A stretch of DNA of 59,660 bases, filler included, from Sluysia triapertura (GCA_046118255.1; 4 parts of 4 records of this genome joined end to end with filler, not necessarily neighbours in it), one strand, 5' to 3'. Positions 1 to 13,962 are shown, numbered from the whole stretch's first letter. The notes: generated from the letters alone by a model not told the origin. A program made the numbers and translations.

Positions 1-3000
1 TAATAATAATAGAAAACTAACGGTTAGAATCTAGAACCATTCAGTTTGTGTTGTAATATAATTTTAAAGATTTTAAATTATAATATTTTAAAATAATAAT
101 TATTATTATTATCATTATAGCAATAATAATGTAAATAATAAAATAATGATAATGTTAATAATATTAAGAAACTTAATAATAGTAATGTAATTAATATAAT
201 AAGTTTAAGATGTGCAAGGCTTTATTTATAAAAGTTCAAATAACGATCTTTAATCCTGCGCATGTCGCGGTTGATCCAATAGATACAAGCTATTTCTTTT
301 TAAATACTCTTTTTTATATTAGACGTAATGCTTGAATGTCATGTCTAGCTAAGCATGTGCATGTTAATAATGAGAAACTACAATGGTTTTGCGGTTAGTT
401 TCAGTGTAACACGTGTGACATTTGATTGTAACTTGATTACGAGAGATACACGCTACCTCCGCATGTTTAAGGTTATTATTTACGCTATTTATATATATGT
501 ATTATTATTATTACACAATGTCAGAAATATTGATTCTAATTATATATTGGCACAGTTGTTACTAATATAATGTAATGTCGTTAAAACTTTTAAACATAAA
601 TCTTGGCGGAAATTCAAAAATACAAGAAATTAATTGTTAATATGAGAAAAAACACAAAGTTGACTAAAACAAAATGAAACTAAAACTTACTTGGTAATAT
701 AAAGGATTAATAGATTATCAATAGATTGTGATCTCATCATAAATAAATATTTGCTTAATAAAATTGAATCCAGAATTGATTAAATTATTACAATATAAGA
801 ATCTCATTTTTTGGAATTAAACAATTAGAAATGTTTTTTTGTAAAATATAAACATTAATATTAAGTTTCTGTGTAGTATAAATAATACCTTGAAATCCGA
901 CTAAAATTTAGTTTTAAATTTATGAACAACCATTTTAAAAAGGCTCGTAAATAGTAACATATGGTATTACTGCATCATAATAAAGAACCTGTACATTATT
1001 ACTGTTACATTACACATAATTTTGCTTAAAATTTTTAATTTGAGTATTGTCAAGTATTACTCTTTGTGTATAAATATAAAATAAAATTCCATTTGAAAAT
1101 TAGATACTAACTAAAAGAATAATTATAAAAGATTAATTGACTTCCATTTTTGTTTTAAAATTATTTATTGCAAAATCCTTTACTAACTTATAATAAAAAT
1201 AAGCTAAATAATGATAACGATAATAATAGTAATGATTTTAATTATGAAATAATAATAAATAAGGCTTTACAATCTAAAATATGTTGTGATGATACATTCT
1301 CATATTAAATGAGTATATGAATAAATTAGCTAAGCTTCGCAAAAACAAACAAAATTACATAAACTCTCAGTAAGAACAGTGACAGACTTGACATCAATTA
1401 TATTAGCATTTAAAGAAAAGAAAAATATTGTATTATTAATTAAAAAGAGAACATAAAATGTTAAATTAAAACGAAATCAATGAAATTATTGAACTCAAAT
1501 TAAAATTTAAGAAAACGATTGAAAAATTGCAATATATTATATTAAATGAAGAATTTACAACTACTTAATTATCTTGAAAGGAAAATTCTACTTAGTTTAA
1601 TTAAATTATAAGATCACCTTATTCATATAATGTTACAATCTACTCAAATTCATTTAATTTTTGAGGTAATTATTTGTTTAAGAATTTTCGTTTTAATATT
1701 TGGTTGTTAAAGCATTATACATTAATCTCTGATAAGTTTCAAATATTTAGATAAGTGAACATCTTAATATGTTCAAACTTTTTTTAATTCTGGAACAATT
1801 ATGACATTTTTATACGATTTATATTACGAAAAAGACGTATTAACAGAAAAATCAGAAGGTATGAAAGAATACCTTATATCTTACAGCAATACAGTTAACG
1901 AGGATCAGCGTTTTTTTTACTTTCTTACAATTAACAACTATCAATTTATTTTTAAAATTATGTATTCTACCTTTTTACAATCCTTAATTTTATTTTTCTT
2001 AATATGTATATCTTTCTATTCTAAATCTACTTTTGATACTTTTAATGAAAAGAACTAACAATATGTATAAATGTTAAAATTGTATACAAACAAAAATGTA
2101 TATTAATTAAAAACAAAATGTATATAAATTGATTATAAGATATAGACATAACAAGGATTGCTCCTTCAAATAAATAATACAAAATGATTTTAAAAATGAT
2201 TCTGATCCAGGCGAATACTTGGATTTTTTAATTTAATAATGGTTTTACCTATATTTTAAAGCAAAAAATATTAATGCTAAACTTATCAGTAATAAGCTTA
2301 TTTATTCTGAGATATCATCATAAATATTCCAAATGAGAAGAGAGTGAATAATCAAAGAGGATGAATTAATTTTGTCCTTGTTTCGTAGAATTTAAATTTA
2401 TATCCAGTCGATGGTTCTTTTAGGCAAAATCCACAGTAAATTGCCAAAAGAATGTAAAATTTGTCTTTAAGAATTTTTTCTTTTATGTAGTCTGTAATGA
2501 CTACATTTGAAATAATAAAAACTCAAATTAAACAATTTTAATTTAAAGAAGTATATAACATTTTCTGTTGTTTTTATCACTTTCTGGATAAAATTTGAAA
2601 ATAAATTGTTGACCAAATAAATAAATTGATAATGTAAATTGATGACCAAAATCCAATGCGATAATATATTCCGACAAAAAATTTCTTTCAAAACATTCAA
2701 AAATGAAAAGACTAGAAAATGCTAAAAACTTTAAACTTGACAATTTTGAAATGCACATTATTAACGAAATTAAATACTTGTGAAATAAATAAATTAAATT
2801 AAATAAATTAATTAAATACTTGTGAAAAAACTGAAATAATAACTAAACTGAATTAAAAAATATTATAGAATTTAATAAATCAAAAGTAAAAACTCTTTCT
2901 ACCGAGATTTTGTGTATATTTAGATCTACGATGAGCTGAAGGAAAATTACACCGCTAAATAAATTTAAAAATTATTATACGAAATGTCAAAAAGTCGTTA

Positions 3001-3059
3001 TATAATGGTTAAACTTAGAAAATAATTTCAAATTAAAATGTTTGGTAGAAATAGTGTTA

Positions 3060-3790
3060 AACAGGTCATAAAATAACAAACCGAGGAAATTTTACACTTG
3101 GCAACTTTGATTCCAGGAATTATAAGTGGTTTATTTGGCGCTGTCATAGTAAAAACAACAGCTTTCAAAAAAGAAGAGATGTAAACTAAAAGATGTGAGA
3201 TTTAGAAAAACAAAAGTAAAATAAGGATTGAAACAAAAACTAGAAGATGAAGAGGAAAAATTAAAAATAGTTACTAATATATTTCCACAGATTATCCAAT
3301 TAATGAAAGAAAAATAAAAGAAACTTGTAAAAATTAAAACATTAATGTGAATTAAAATTTAAAATGTGTAAATATGATCTCGGAGATTTACCTTTGTCCA
3401 ATAGCAGTCTAATTTTGTGTAACCTCAGAAAGATTATATGAATTAAAAAACACCAAACATAAATCAATAGTTTTGGAAGAATAAATCAAAAAATAATATG
3501 AACTTTTGTTTAAAAATTAATACTGAAATGCATGAACCACTAATCCTGAAATTTATATGAAAATCTAATATATATATTATATAAAACAATTGCTCTGGAT
3601 CTATACTAGAAATTTTAAGGACAAAGAATTTCATGCAATTTTAATTCATACTAATGGCTTAATTTTATTTAATAGTAATAATAAAAATTATGTATTTATT
3701 TGCAAAATAATCTTTTTAATATTTATCAAAGAGGGTTTGGATTTGAATTAGGTGATTCTCTAGTAAGTTTTGCTGCATTTTTTGGTAACT
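3060..3790 (+). mobile_element. Possible Maverick/Polinton structural-module relic (heavily decayed)
   Basis: Broken frames give KQTEEILHLATLIPGIISGLFGA (~3075-3142), like the GG-x-LP-L..L small ORFs of Mavericks. DLGDLPLSNS (~3376-3405) resembles the PLSN start of the Maverick cysteine protease. Many stops and frameshifts. Confidence 0.3.
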
Positions 3791-5639
3791 AATGTAACAC
3801 TTTGCATTATATTTTATCTACAATGAAAATTCTGTTCGATATCACAAACAATAATAATAATAATAAGTATTTAATAATCAAAATTTTACGAAGTTATTAA
3901 GTAATTAAAATATCAATGATATCTCTAAACTTAAACTATCAATAAATACAAAATAATCATAGGAAAAGGATTAGTGTCGCTCCTTCAGTATGAATTAATG
4001 TCAATGAAATAAGATTTTAGATAGTGACTTTATAGCTAATATATTAAAATAGCACAAATTCAAATAAATTTAAGTAGGATTTCGCTTTAGATCGAGATCT
4101 AATGTAGAGAGGATGATTTTGAAAATGATTTATAACTATCATATTAGGTATACATAATAGAGTACGTATATTTTATTCCTTAAATTTAGGTAAGGAAAAA
4201 TTCTTATATCCAATTAACTTACGAATCTACATAAGTAATTTATAAGCAATTAACCAGTATCATTTCGGTAGTGGTTTGTCGTTTTCTATTACGTGTTATG
4301 ACTTTAGACAATTTGTATTAGTCTGTCTGGATTCACTTTGTTAAAGATTCGTAAGTATTCTAATCGGTGATTGCCTAAATATTTGTCTGTATTATTTCTT
4401 ACTGATTTTTAACTTGTTTATATATAATTTTTCGGTGGCAATCCAAATAATATATTAATTTATTCAATAAATTAAAAAGAATGTAACGGTATTTTTTTCT
4501 TTTTCAGGATTTCAATACAGACAAATTATCCAATCGGTAAAAGTAGTTTTTCTATTATATTTATTTTTAGATTTTCAGGTTAGTATTTTCTTATTATAAT
4601 TTTCTTATTATAATTTTCTTATTACTAATATTACTATTATTGTTTGTTATTATTTTTAATGTTATTATTTTTATTTTTCAGTCGAACATTTTTATTTTCA
4701 TAAAATATTTCAATTTATTCTTGAAAAACATAATTTGAATGTGGTTCAAATTATAAATGTGAAATAAATGAATATTTTGATTTAATTAAAACAGATGAAG
4801 CATCAGTAACGGAATTATATATTAAATGATAAGAAAAATACTTGAGGAATCTCAACTTAAACAACAAGGAGAATGTTACAAACCTACAAGAAAAATGAAT
4901 AGCTGCTTTATTGAACTGCACATGTACAAACACATTTCATACATAAATAAAATGATAAACAACTTACATGATACGTTCAAAACATAAACACAGTCAATTT
5001 ATAGTCATTGTCAACATGATTACTACCACAATAATAATCACTCATAATAATTTTCGTATTATCCAAACAGTAATCTTTATCATCATAATAATACTAAATT
5101 GTTATAATTAATTTGGTAATTGTTATAGTTGATGTTACGACTGCTTCTGTTTTTTCAGTAATTTCTCTAGATGTTTGTTTGCTTTCCTTTTTGTATGTAT
5201 GTTTATTTTTATGCATAATCGTGATAATACGTAAATGATATCAAGTGTAGATAATGCCAAATAGTCCCGATATGGTAGCAAATCAACCTGTCATAATAAC
5301 TGAATTTCATAATTAGTCATTCTACTTAGCATTGGTCGAATTAAAAGGTGCTTCTGCCTGAAAATATTTCATTAAAACCTTAAATTTACAAAAATATTAA
5401 ATACATTATTATTCATTTATTATATTGAATCTGCTTCAAGTCTGAAATTATAAAATAAACAAATACAAAATTAATATTAATTGAGAAATTACTACGACGG
5501 AAAAAATTGATATTTTGGAAATATATTAATGTTTTCATATTTATTATCTTTTAACTCGAGTAATAACCGTTAAACTAATGAGTAACTAATGTTTGCGTGT
5601 GCGTACTATTGCATTTGAACCTTTCAGATTTCATTTAAA

Positions 5640-6710
5640 ATGAAAATTGATAAACAAATTATATTATATAACGATTATAGAGCTAAATTAAGAAAGTACA
5701 TAGTACTGCCAAATGAATTTAAAGAGTGTATTACACAATTATCAAGAGAAATGCGTCCTTTAATGGCTTTACCAGAAATGCGCAAATTTAGTGGAACAGA
5801 AGAAAAACTCTGCTATTTCTTATACGAATATGATAGTATCGCCGAAGCTAGTGGATGGAACGAAATATAAAAAGTTAAAAGAATACAAAATTATCTAACT
5901 AGAGTGGCTATCCTGATTTATAAAGAAAAAAATGAAATTCATTCGTTAATCCTTTTACCGAGGAAATTGCCCTCGATGACATGGAAAATATTATAATAAT
6001 ATGTTAAATTTAAGAAAGCAAAAAGCTGTGCATGAGTTCGCATGCGCATTAAAAAATCTTGCTACTAGAGCAAAAAATGTTGAAGATAAAAAAATTATAT
6101 TAAAAGATAAACTAAAAAATAGTTTGCGTCCTGAACTAAGAACTTATGTAAAGATATAGTTAAAAAATTAAGAAATATAGAAAAATATTCATATGATGAC
6201 AAAGATAATATTAATTATGTTAGTGATAATGAAAGTAAAAGCCCAAAGCCTACAAGAAGTAAATTTTATGAAGAAAAATTTAATGATTCTAATAATCGAT
6301 ATGATAATAATTTTAATAATTCTTCGAATAAGAATAATTCTTTAAGTTATAATGAATATAATAGTAATAGAAATGATAGTAATTAGAGATATAATAGCCC
6401 GTGCATAGGTATTTCTAATTATAGGGTAATCCAAGAAATTTTAATAATTATAGAAGAAACAATTTTAAGTCAAGAAAATTTCAGAATAATTGAGGAAATG
6501 GAAATGGAAACAACAATTATAATACAACAAATTATGAACATAGACCAGCACCAAAATGGCCATCAAATTCAAATATAAGTAATCAAAATAATTACAGAGG
6601 CCGAAGTAAAAGTCCAAAGACATATAATGATAAGACTCAAACTAATATATAGGGGAGATACGTTGAGTTAATTGTAATAAATAAGGGCACTCTACAAGAA
6701 ATTTCGGAAA
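5640..6710 (+). mobile_element. Ty3/gypsy-type gag relic (capsid region, Asn/Arg-rich spacer, eroded CCHC knuckle)
   Basis: Translates as PEMRKFSGTEEKLCYFLYEYDSIAEASGWNEI*KVKRIQNYL. After a frameshift it continues AVHEFACALKNLATRAK...LKDKLKNSLRPELRTYV, then NCNK*GHSTRN at ~6670-6703 (CCHC remnant). These match generic retrotransposon Gag patterns. Confidence 0.75.
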
Positions 6711-7404
6711 GTTAAAACAAAATACATTTAGTCAGGATTTCTCTAAGGTAAGACTCTCAACAACAAAGATATCAAAGCCCTAATAGGAAAGTAAGGTTTA
6801 ATGATAATAATAAAAATGAGAAAGAACAAATAAATTGCAATTATAGAAATCAAATGGATTACAATGAATATGAAGATCAATACCAGTACTAAGAAGAATA
6901 CGAAGAAAAAGAAGAACCTAGAAGAAACAGCAAGAATAAGAAGAAGGAACAAAGAAGACAAGTATCTAGTTGTGAAGAAAAAGATGATGCTATTCCAAAT
7001 TAATAACAGATGAAGAAAAGAATACTATGCTACGAGAATTTTATATCACGGGATTAGATTGCGATAAAAATCGATTTAAGAATAAACAAGAAGTTTTTAT
7101 GAGTTATATGCATGATAGATATCGAGAATTTAAGAAAGACAGAAAACGAAGAGAACAAAAATAAAGAGAAGAAAATCAATTAGCAATACCACCAATTCAA
7201 ACACGAATTCGCGATATTTCGCGACTTTCTTTCAACCAATTCATGAAAGAAATGAACAAATTAAAGAAATAAACGAGGTAATTTCCACCCAGAATATGAA
7301 ATGACGAATTCAACAATTAATAGATAAATGGAAATGTAAAACACAAAAGATTAATAAAAAGATAGATCCAGAATTAGAAGAGAGTACTAACATCAACAGA
7401 AATG

Positions 7405-8449
7405 CAAGATCCTGAGAATTATGGCAAGAAAATAAGAAGAGGTTGGAAACCAAAGTTGACATCGAGAGACAAAAGGAGCATTCTTCGTGACGTCGCTGAC
7501 AAAACAGATTAAATTGGTCCATCAGCTTCCTTGTTCAATAAGGGCTACAGACAGCTGCCAATACTTAAGTTAGAGAAGAGGAAGCCCAAACCAAAACTCA
7601 CAGCCGCGCACAAATTGGCACGGGTCATCTGGGCACAATTATACATATCATGGATTTTAAAATGGCATCAAATTATATTCGGTGATGAAAAAAATTAATC
7701 ATCATGGCCCAGACGGATGCCAGCTTTACTGGCATGACCTGAGGAAGAGCTCGGATTCGGAGGTCGTTCGGTGATGGTCTGGGCAGCCTTTGGTTGGAAT
7801 TGGAAAATAGAAATTGAGTTCTTAGGCGGTAAACAAAACTCATAGAAGTATATTCAAACACTCAATAACTTCCTCATCCTCGTCGCAGTCAAAGTGAAGG
7901 CCGAAACTGGATATTCCAACAATCCATTGATCCGCGGAGACAACTAAATGGTTTGAAGATAACCAAATTCGTGTTTTGAGATAGCCATCTTGTAGCCCTG
8001 ACTTAAATCTCATTGAGAACCTCTGGGGTTTACTCGTTCGGAAGGTTTACCGGAATGGACGATAATTTGACAATGTAAAGGATTTGAAGGCAGTCATTCT
8101 TTCTGCTTGGGAAGAAATCAGCCTTGAGGAGATGAAAAATCTAGTTAGATCAATGTCTAAAAGACTTATTGAAGTCTTAAAGAATAATGGTGACTTTAAT
8201 GGCGATTAAAAAATTTTAATTTTAAAGTTAATTGATTAATAAACTAAGTGTTGTTATATTTCTGTCATACCCTAAAATTACTTTTTTTAAATTAAATGTC
8301 ATTTATGTGATAATTAAATATTTTTGTCATAATTAAATGAAAGGGTATAATCATTAATAAATTATGTTACTTTTTTATAATTATTCAACAATTATTAAAT
8401 GAGATCATTAAAAAAACTACTCCTGTTATGTATCTGTCGACCACCTTAG
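7405..8449 (+). mobile_element. Tc3-like (Tc1/mariner) transposon relic, 5'-truncated, with right end
   Basis: Frames give QDPENYG..KPKLTSRDKRSILR, KPKLTAAHKLARV..WHQIIFGDEKK, GPDGCQLYWHDLRK, SVMVWAAF, WIFQQ and SPDLNLIENLWGLLVRKVY..AWEEI..LVRSM, stopping at 8208. Direct repeats tgttat(a/g)t(t/a)tctgtc at 8252 and 8424 mark an IR-DR type right end. Confidence 0.93.
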
Positions 8450-8656
8450 ATATGACTAAAGATAATGATGATTTTAATGAAGAAAAACCCTATTATATTA
8501 TTGATTTAAATAAAAACCCTCAAACTGAAAACAAAAAGACTAATACATTTAAAAGAAAAACCGGTGGACATAGAAAGACAATAATGATATAATAACCCGA
8601 AATCCAATTCAAAGAAAACCTATTGACTTAATGAAAATCATTTATAAAAATAATAT

Positions 8657-9028
8657 AGAAGAAACCTAATTTATGCATTGTTATCATACAAGTTTACAAA
8701 TTTGATAAATATAAAATTTTATTACCCGAACTTAAAGAATATAAAACTACATTACCAAAAATAACTAAAATAATGGAAGAAAAGTATAAAAATACGGAAA
8801 TAAGTGGACAATATAAAACCATTATTTCAAAGCAAATAAATGCTCTTATTAACAAAGAGACTTAAAATTATAATAGCTTATGTAATATTTCAATGTATTA
8901 AAGCTGTATTAATGAATAAAAAAATAGATGGAATTATAAATTTTATTGAGAAGAAACTTGGTACATGGATAAAAGAACATGGAGGATGGAAAACATTATT
9001 AAGGAAAAGAAAAAGAAGAAAAGAGTAA
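8657..9028 (+). pseudogene. Decayed Bcl-2-family-like ORF (two frameshifts)
   Basis: Clear BH2 motif FIEKKLGTWIKEHGGW (to 8989). Upstream, in the expected order: BH4-like NLIYALLSYKF (~8663), BH3-position helix LPKITKIMEEKY (8752-8787) and eroded BH1-position KIIIAYVIF. Confidence 0.6.
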
Positions 9029-9107
9029 ACTCAATGAACCAATTAATTTAATTTCAAAAATGATCACTAATGTTCATACTTTTTTATGATATTATTAATT
9101 CCTTTAG

Positions 9108-9870
9108 ATTCGCCTGTGTTATACAATTTATATCGCATGAGGACGTATTCACAGGGTGTCAGATGTCAAAAGCTACGTTAAAGAAATCCTTAATCAATTT
9201 TGCGACAACATAAATCTATTTGATTCAATTCGAGGGTCAATATTTTACTTTCAATATATATTTAACTCAAAAAATCAATTTACTCTTTGGGATGTCACTT
9301 AAACCAATTTTACTTTGTTAAACTCTACTAAATTTAAATCACTTAACTATCAATTTATCTATACTAAAATCAAAGACTTAAACAATAACCAAATTTATTA
9401 TTTAAAGAAAAACAAATTGATAAATATATGTGTACAAAAATTTTGAATATATTAAGTATATGGATATATATCTCAAGGTATTTCTCCTTGATTTTTAACA
9501 AATATAATTGAATTTAGGTAGATTTTAACTCAGGCGAATGCTTGAGTGTAATATGAAAAGATTTTAAGTTGATTTTAATGCATTAGATTAATGCGAAACC
9601 TTAAGAAAAATAGTATACTTATTCATGGAAAAATATCTGCAAATTGTTGTTTGGTTCCAAAAAACTGTTCAATTAATTTGAAAACGAATAGTTGCAGTAG
9701 TTACATAAGTTTCTCCAAATGCTTGAATAGTGAATTAAAATTCTCCTTGAATGCTCGAACAATTGAAATTTCCACAATTAATGGCTTTAATAATTAATGT
9801 CCTATTCTGTTGAATGTCTAACTATTTATATATTTGAAAATTATTTGATATTTACCGATATTCCTCCATG
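9108..9870 (-). repeat. Copy of a dispersed decayed family (unknown ORF with QAFAWVKI-like motif plus downstream stem-loop)
   Basis: The reverse complement aligns with 53150-53950. Example: ttttccatgaataagtatactatttttcttaaggt..ttaaaatcaacttaaaatc versus ttttccatgaataaatatgttaatttttgtaaggt..ttaaaatctacttaaaatc. Confidence 0.75.
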
Positions 9871-11789
9871 TAAGTGAAATAATTAATTGAATTAATTTTT
9901 TGTAAATAAGTACCAAATTGTAAATTGAGATTTTTTGTGAGTAAATAAATTATAAATTGAATTAAATAACGTCATTAACTTCATAGTCAAAATAATTGAA
10001 TTAATTTACGTTAATTTTGTGAATACTCGAATAAATAAATTATTATCATCATTAGTTTTATAAACAATTTATAAATTAGAATAAATAATTAATTGATTAA
10101 TTTACATAATTTACACTTCGAAATTTAAAATCCTCCTTAAAAAATATATAAATTACCAAAAATTGATATTGTCCAGAGAATGATCGAAAAATAGCTGGAA
10201 ATTGTGACAATTACTAAAATTCACAATTATCTTGAATCACGCATGAAATTGAAAATTTTGTATTTTCTAGAATGGCGACGATAAAATGGCGATTTTCATT
10301 GTATTGATGGTATTTTATATATTAGTCATCATCCAATGAAAATCGATGGAATGTTCTAGATTAATTAAGACGTTTTATATGATTTTGATTAATTTTTTGA
10401 TGGTTTTAAATAGTTTAGTGTCATTATGACATTTTTGAATTATTTTGTAGGGTTGTGATGACAACCTAGCAAAATTATCCTATGATAAATTTCTAATAAA
10501 CGCTTCACAACCAAGTTGCGATTAGTCATAAAAACATTCAGGCCGCGTTCCACTTCTGATTGCACAAACTATAGTTTTGTTCACTATCATTCTTGATTTA
10601 TCATCATGAGCATTATTCACACAACTATTAATTACTATTAATTACATAAAACAAACGAAATCAAGAATAAATTTTGATATAAAGACACATGAATTATTCA
10701 CTTGATTATACATTTCGTATAAGAATTTGTTCAGAAATAAATAATTCGTATTACAGCAAAAACTACTCAATCTTTTCCAAGCAACATGAAAATTTTTAAA
10801 ATTTTTTAATTAATGATTTTCATTAATGCATTTTTATCTCTTTAGTTTTCATTTTCACAAATTATGACCTGATTAGTAGACATTATAATTATTAATTTTA
10901 TCGTTTTAAAGATATAATTATTACCATTGAAAGTAGCATTTGTTAGTAAAATTAAATTGGCATCTGTCTTCCAATTCGTACGAACGAAAACTATAATAAT
11001 TGTTTGTCAGTTAAGTAAGTGTGTAAAAGCTATTGTTTTGAAAATGGTTTTAGTAGATGTTTAATTTCTATTTTGCAAGAACAAAGTTAATATACTTTAT
11101 ATAATCTTATCGTAAAGAATTATTGTATTTGAGAATGAAATAAAATTCTTTCCATGTTTAGTTTAAAGTTTAGTATTTAGCGTCTATGAATACTTAGAAA
11201 GCGTTTAAAATAAGTAAATGAATAAAATGTTAAAGAGCTTGATAAGTGAGAGTAATATACACATTTTACTAATCGAAATTTTATTTGAATTGTGTGATAT
11301 AAGATAGTTTTATTATTATTTGTGGTAGACAGTTGCTATTAGACATGATAAAGGTAAGAAACTGTCTATGAAATGGAAGATAAGCTTTTGAAGAGTGTAG
11401 TGACAAGTTGTATGTTAAGTAATCTAGTGAGGTTTACATCAAAGAATATTTAAAAAACATTAGATGATCTAAAAACAAATAGTTACAAGGTGTGTTTATT
11501 GAATTATATTGTAATTTAAAGTGATTAAGATTGAAGATATAATTANNNNNNNNNNNNNNNNNNNNNNNNNNNNNNNNNNNNNNNNNNNNNNNNNNNNNNN
11601 NNNNNNNNNNNNNNNNNNNNNNNNNNNNNNNNNNNNNNNNNNNNNNNNNNNNNNNNNNNNNNNNNNNNNNNNNNNNNNNNNTAAACTTCAAATTTAAAAT
11701 AATTAAGATTTTCTTGATGAATAGAACTTATTTGAATATTCTAATAAACTTTATCATTTAATAATTTATAAAATTATAATTTTCTTAAG

Positions 11790-12069
11790 TGAAAAAGAAG
11801 TACCATTCGAAGATATTGATTTTTATCGAAAATTCGAAGAAGAAAACACCGAAAGAAACTTTTATAAAATGATTTCCTGGGATAAACAAAACGGATCTTT
11901 AGCATCTACGATTAATAATGATTCAATACGTCATGAAAATGATTTTGAGTTTTCATTCGATCAGAATTTGAAGAATAGAAATAGTAATAATAATAATAAT
12001 ATTAATATTAATAATCAGAATGATGATGATGAAAATAATAATAATGATTATTTAGATAAATGTTTAAAG
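11790..12069 (+). CDS. Probable internal exon of an unidentified host gene (acidic/Asn-rich)
   Basis: Acceptor ttttcttaag, open frame EKEVPFEDIDFYRKFEEENTERNFYKMISWDKQ...DYLDKCLK, donor gtttgt at 12070. No recognisable domain. Confidence 0.5.
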
Positions 12070-12649
12070 GTTTGTATTTTATTTACTGAGTTTGTAATAT
12101 TAATACAAAGTATAACATTTTGTAGATATTTTTAATAATACATTGTACTATACGTATTAAAAATGATAATATAAAAGTATTTGCAAAACTTTTGCTCAGA
12201 ACTTATATAATCATACATTCTTAAACATCGGAAAATTGGAAAAAATGCAAAAATTGTTTTCATTACCCTTAAGTATCAATTTTTTCAATTTTTATGTGTA
12301 TTTTGGAAGATTATACCAATGCAACATTCGAAAAAATGATAAAAAACTTATTGAAAAGAAATATATATAGCTGTAACTAGGCAGGTGCAACAGGTGCACC
12401 CATATAGGACCTGAGAAGGGCCGACGAATGAATACAGAACAGTGCATTTTATGACGTTAAGTGTCCAATCTAAACGACTAATTAAATTTACCCGCTTATT
12501 AAAGCACAAAAGCCGCCTGGCCGATTTATGTATGCTGACGATATTCTTATAATCGTTTTCTAATCCATGAATTTGCTGTTTGGTTTTTATTTTATATATA
12601 CTTTTTGAACATGCATATTGTTCGTTACAAATATAATTGTAAATATATA

Positions 12650-13137
12650 CTGTGGTGGCCAAATTATTAGACTAAAGACAATCATTTTTGTGATAAAAGT
12701 CAACATTTTTCAAGGATACCATGAAACTATTAATCAAAAGTGTATAAATACATGCCAGGTATCGACGGTTGTCACGGAATATGTAAAATGTTGGAAAGTA
12801 AAATAATAGATAAAAATACTGAGATCCAAAACATACAGAAATTATATTCATGTAGAATGATAATAACACAATTTACTACAAATCAAATATGTACAAACTG
12901 TTGTTATCCAATAATTTCCTGATCTCGTCATCATGATGTCACACTTTTATCAGGGTTTCAATAAGTTCCATCTTGATGGTTGGTTTACGTATAGAAACTC
13001 TCCTTTTGACAATCTTCCACATATTTTCTATGGATTCATGTCTGGAGAGTTTCCAGGCAGGGTAGCAAATATTAAGAAAACCAAAGAAAAACATATTTTT
13101 CCTATTTTCGTCTAATAATTTGGCCAATTTCATGTAT
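12650..13137 (-). mobile_element. Internally deleted Tc1-family element
   Basis: 17-bp perfect inverted repeat tggccaaattattagac (12656-12672 and 13110-13126) with TA-rich flanks. Minus strand ~13060-12910 gives, with a frameshift, PGNSPDMN-IENMWKIVKRRV..ELIETLIKV*HHD, a Tc1 transposase C-terminus. Confidence 0.85.
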
Positions 13138-13544
13138 ACATAAATTAATTTTCTTCTATAATATTAGTGTGACTATTTTATAAATTATTCATACATTTAT
13201 GTACAACCAGTCAGTAGCTGTGTATTGGTTTATATTTGTTAGTTTTATTTTTTTCATTTCTATTTTAATAAAGTCGTATTTTTTATTCCCCCACATTTCA
13301 TTCCATGCTTCATTTTTATTTATTTTTCATTTTAGAACATCAAGATATTGTTTATTCTAATTTACGGCTTTGTTAAAATTATTGATATATTTTTAGTTTT
13401 ATTAAAAAATTAAATTAAATTAAATTAAAAATTAATTAATTGTTTTTATTTCCGTTTAACTGATCCTGTTATAGTTTGAAAATGAAATTGAAACCTGTTG
13501 ATACTTCTTTTTTCTATAATTATTAGAAAGATACATTGTTTCAG

Positions 13545-13766
13545 GTAGTCTTACCAGTACACAACCAGAAGAATATTCGATGTTACCGCTACCGACTCAT
13601 TCTGACCTGGAAGACCAACTACAACAATACAAAAATCGTTCAAACACTTTTCTGGGACTAAACACTAATTGTGATACAATGCAGTCCAGACCAATTGTGA
13701 CCAAGGCATCTTTATCGTCATCTTTTAAACAAACCATCTCAAACATAACAGTAGCAACAAAATATT

Positions 13767-13830
<64 letters not shown>

Positions 13831-13849
13831 ACACAGTACTAATGTTTGA
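13545..13849 (+). CDS. Probable terminal exon with poly-Asn tail, possibly the same gene as 11790-12069
   Basis: Acceptor tgtttcag at 13544, about 100 open codons (SLTSTQPEEYSMLPLPTHSDLEDQLQQY...NNNN..EHSTNV*) and higher GC than the flanks. A micro-exon at 13475-13496 (FENEIET) would make the phases compatible. Confidence 0.45.
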
Positions 13850-13916
13850 TTTGTCTAAAATAATTTAATAATAATAATGATTATTTATTTAAACAATTTA
13901 AATTTAGCTTTAATAA

Positions 13917-13962
<46 letters not shown>

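Noticed and set aside
6743-6961. Hydrophobic minus-strand ORF suggesting a membrane protein
   Set aside because: It is the antisense shadow of Glu/Lys-rich GAA/AAG sequence on the plus strand.
9108-9155. HDV-like or hammerhead ribozyme reading of the co-varying stem-loop
   Set aside because: The CNRA tail and TCCTC/TTCACGT loop are suggestive. However, I could not build P1/P2/P3/P1.1 or a CUGANGA-GAAA core by hand, so it is left unclassified.
9450-9800. Alternative genetic code (TGA=Trp) in the FAWVKI family
   Set aside because: Other copies have TGG at the same site and TAA stops and frameshifts also occur, so ordinary decay explains it.
11434-11691. ORFs spanning N-gaps (also 18872-19087)
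   Set aside because: These are artefacts of translating Ns.
12368-12425. hAT-like terminus (gctgtaactaggcaggtgcaacaggtgcaccc)
   Set aside because: No partner end or 8-bp TSD was found.
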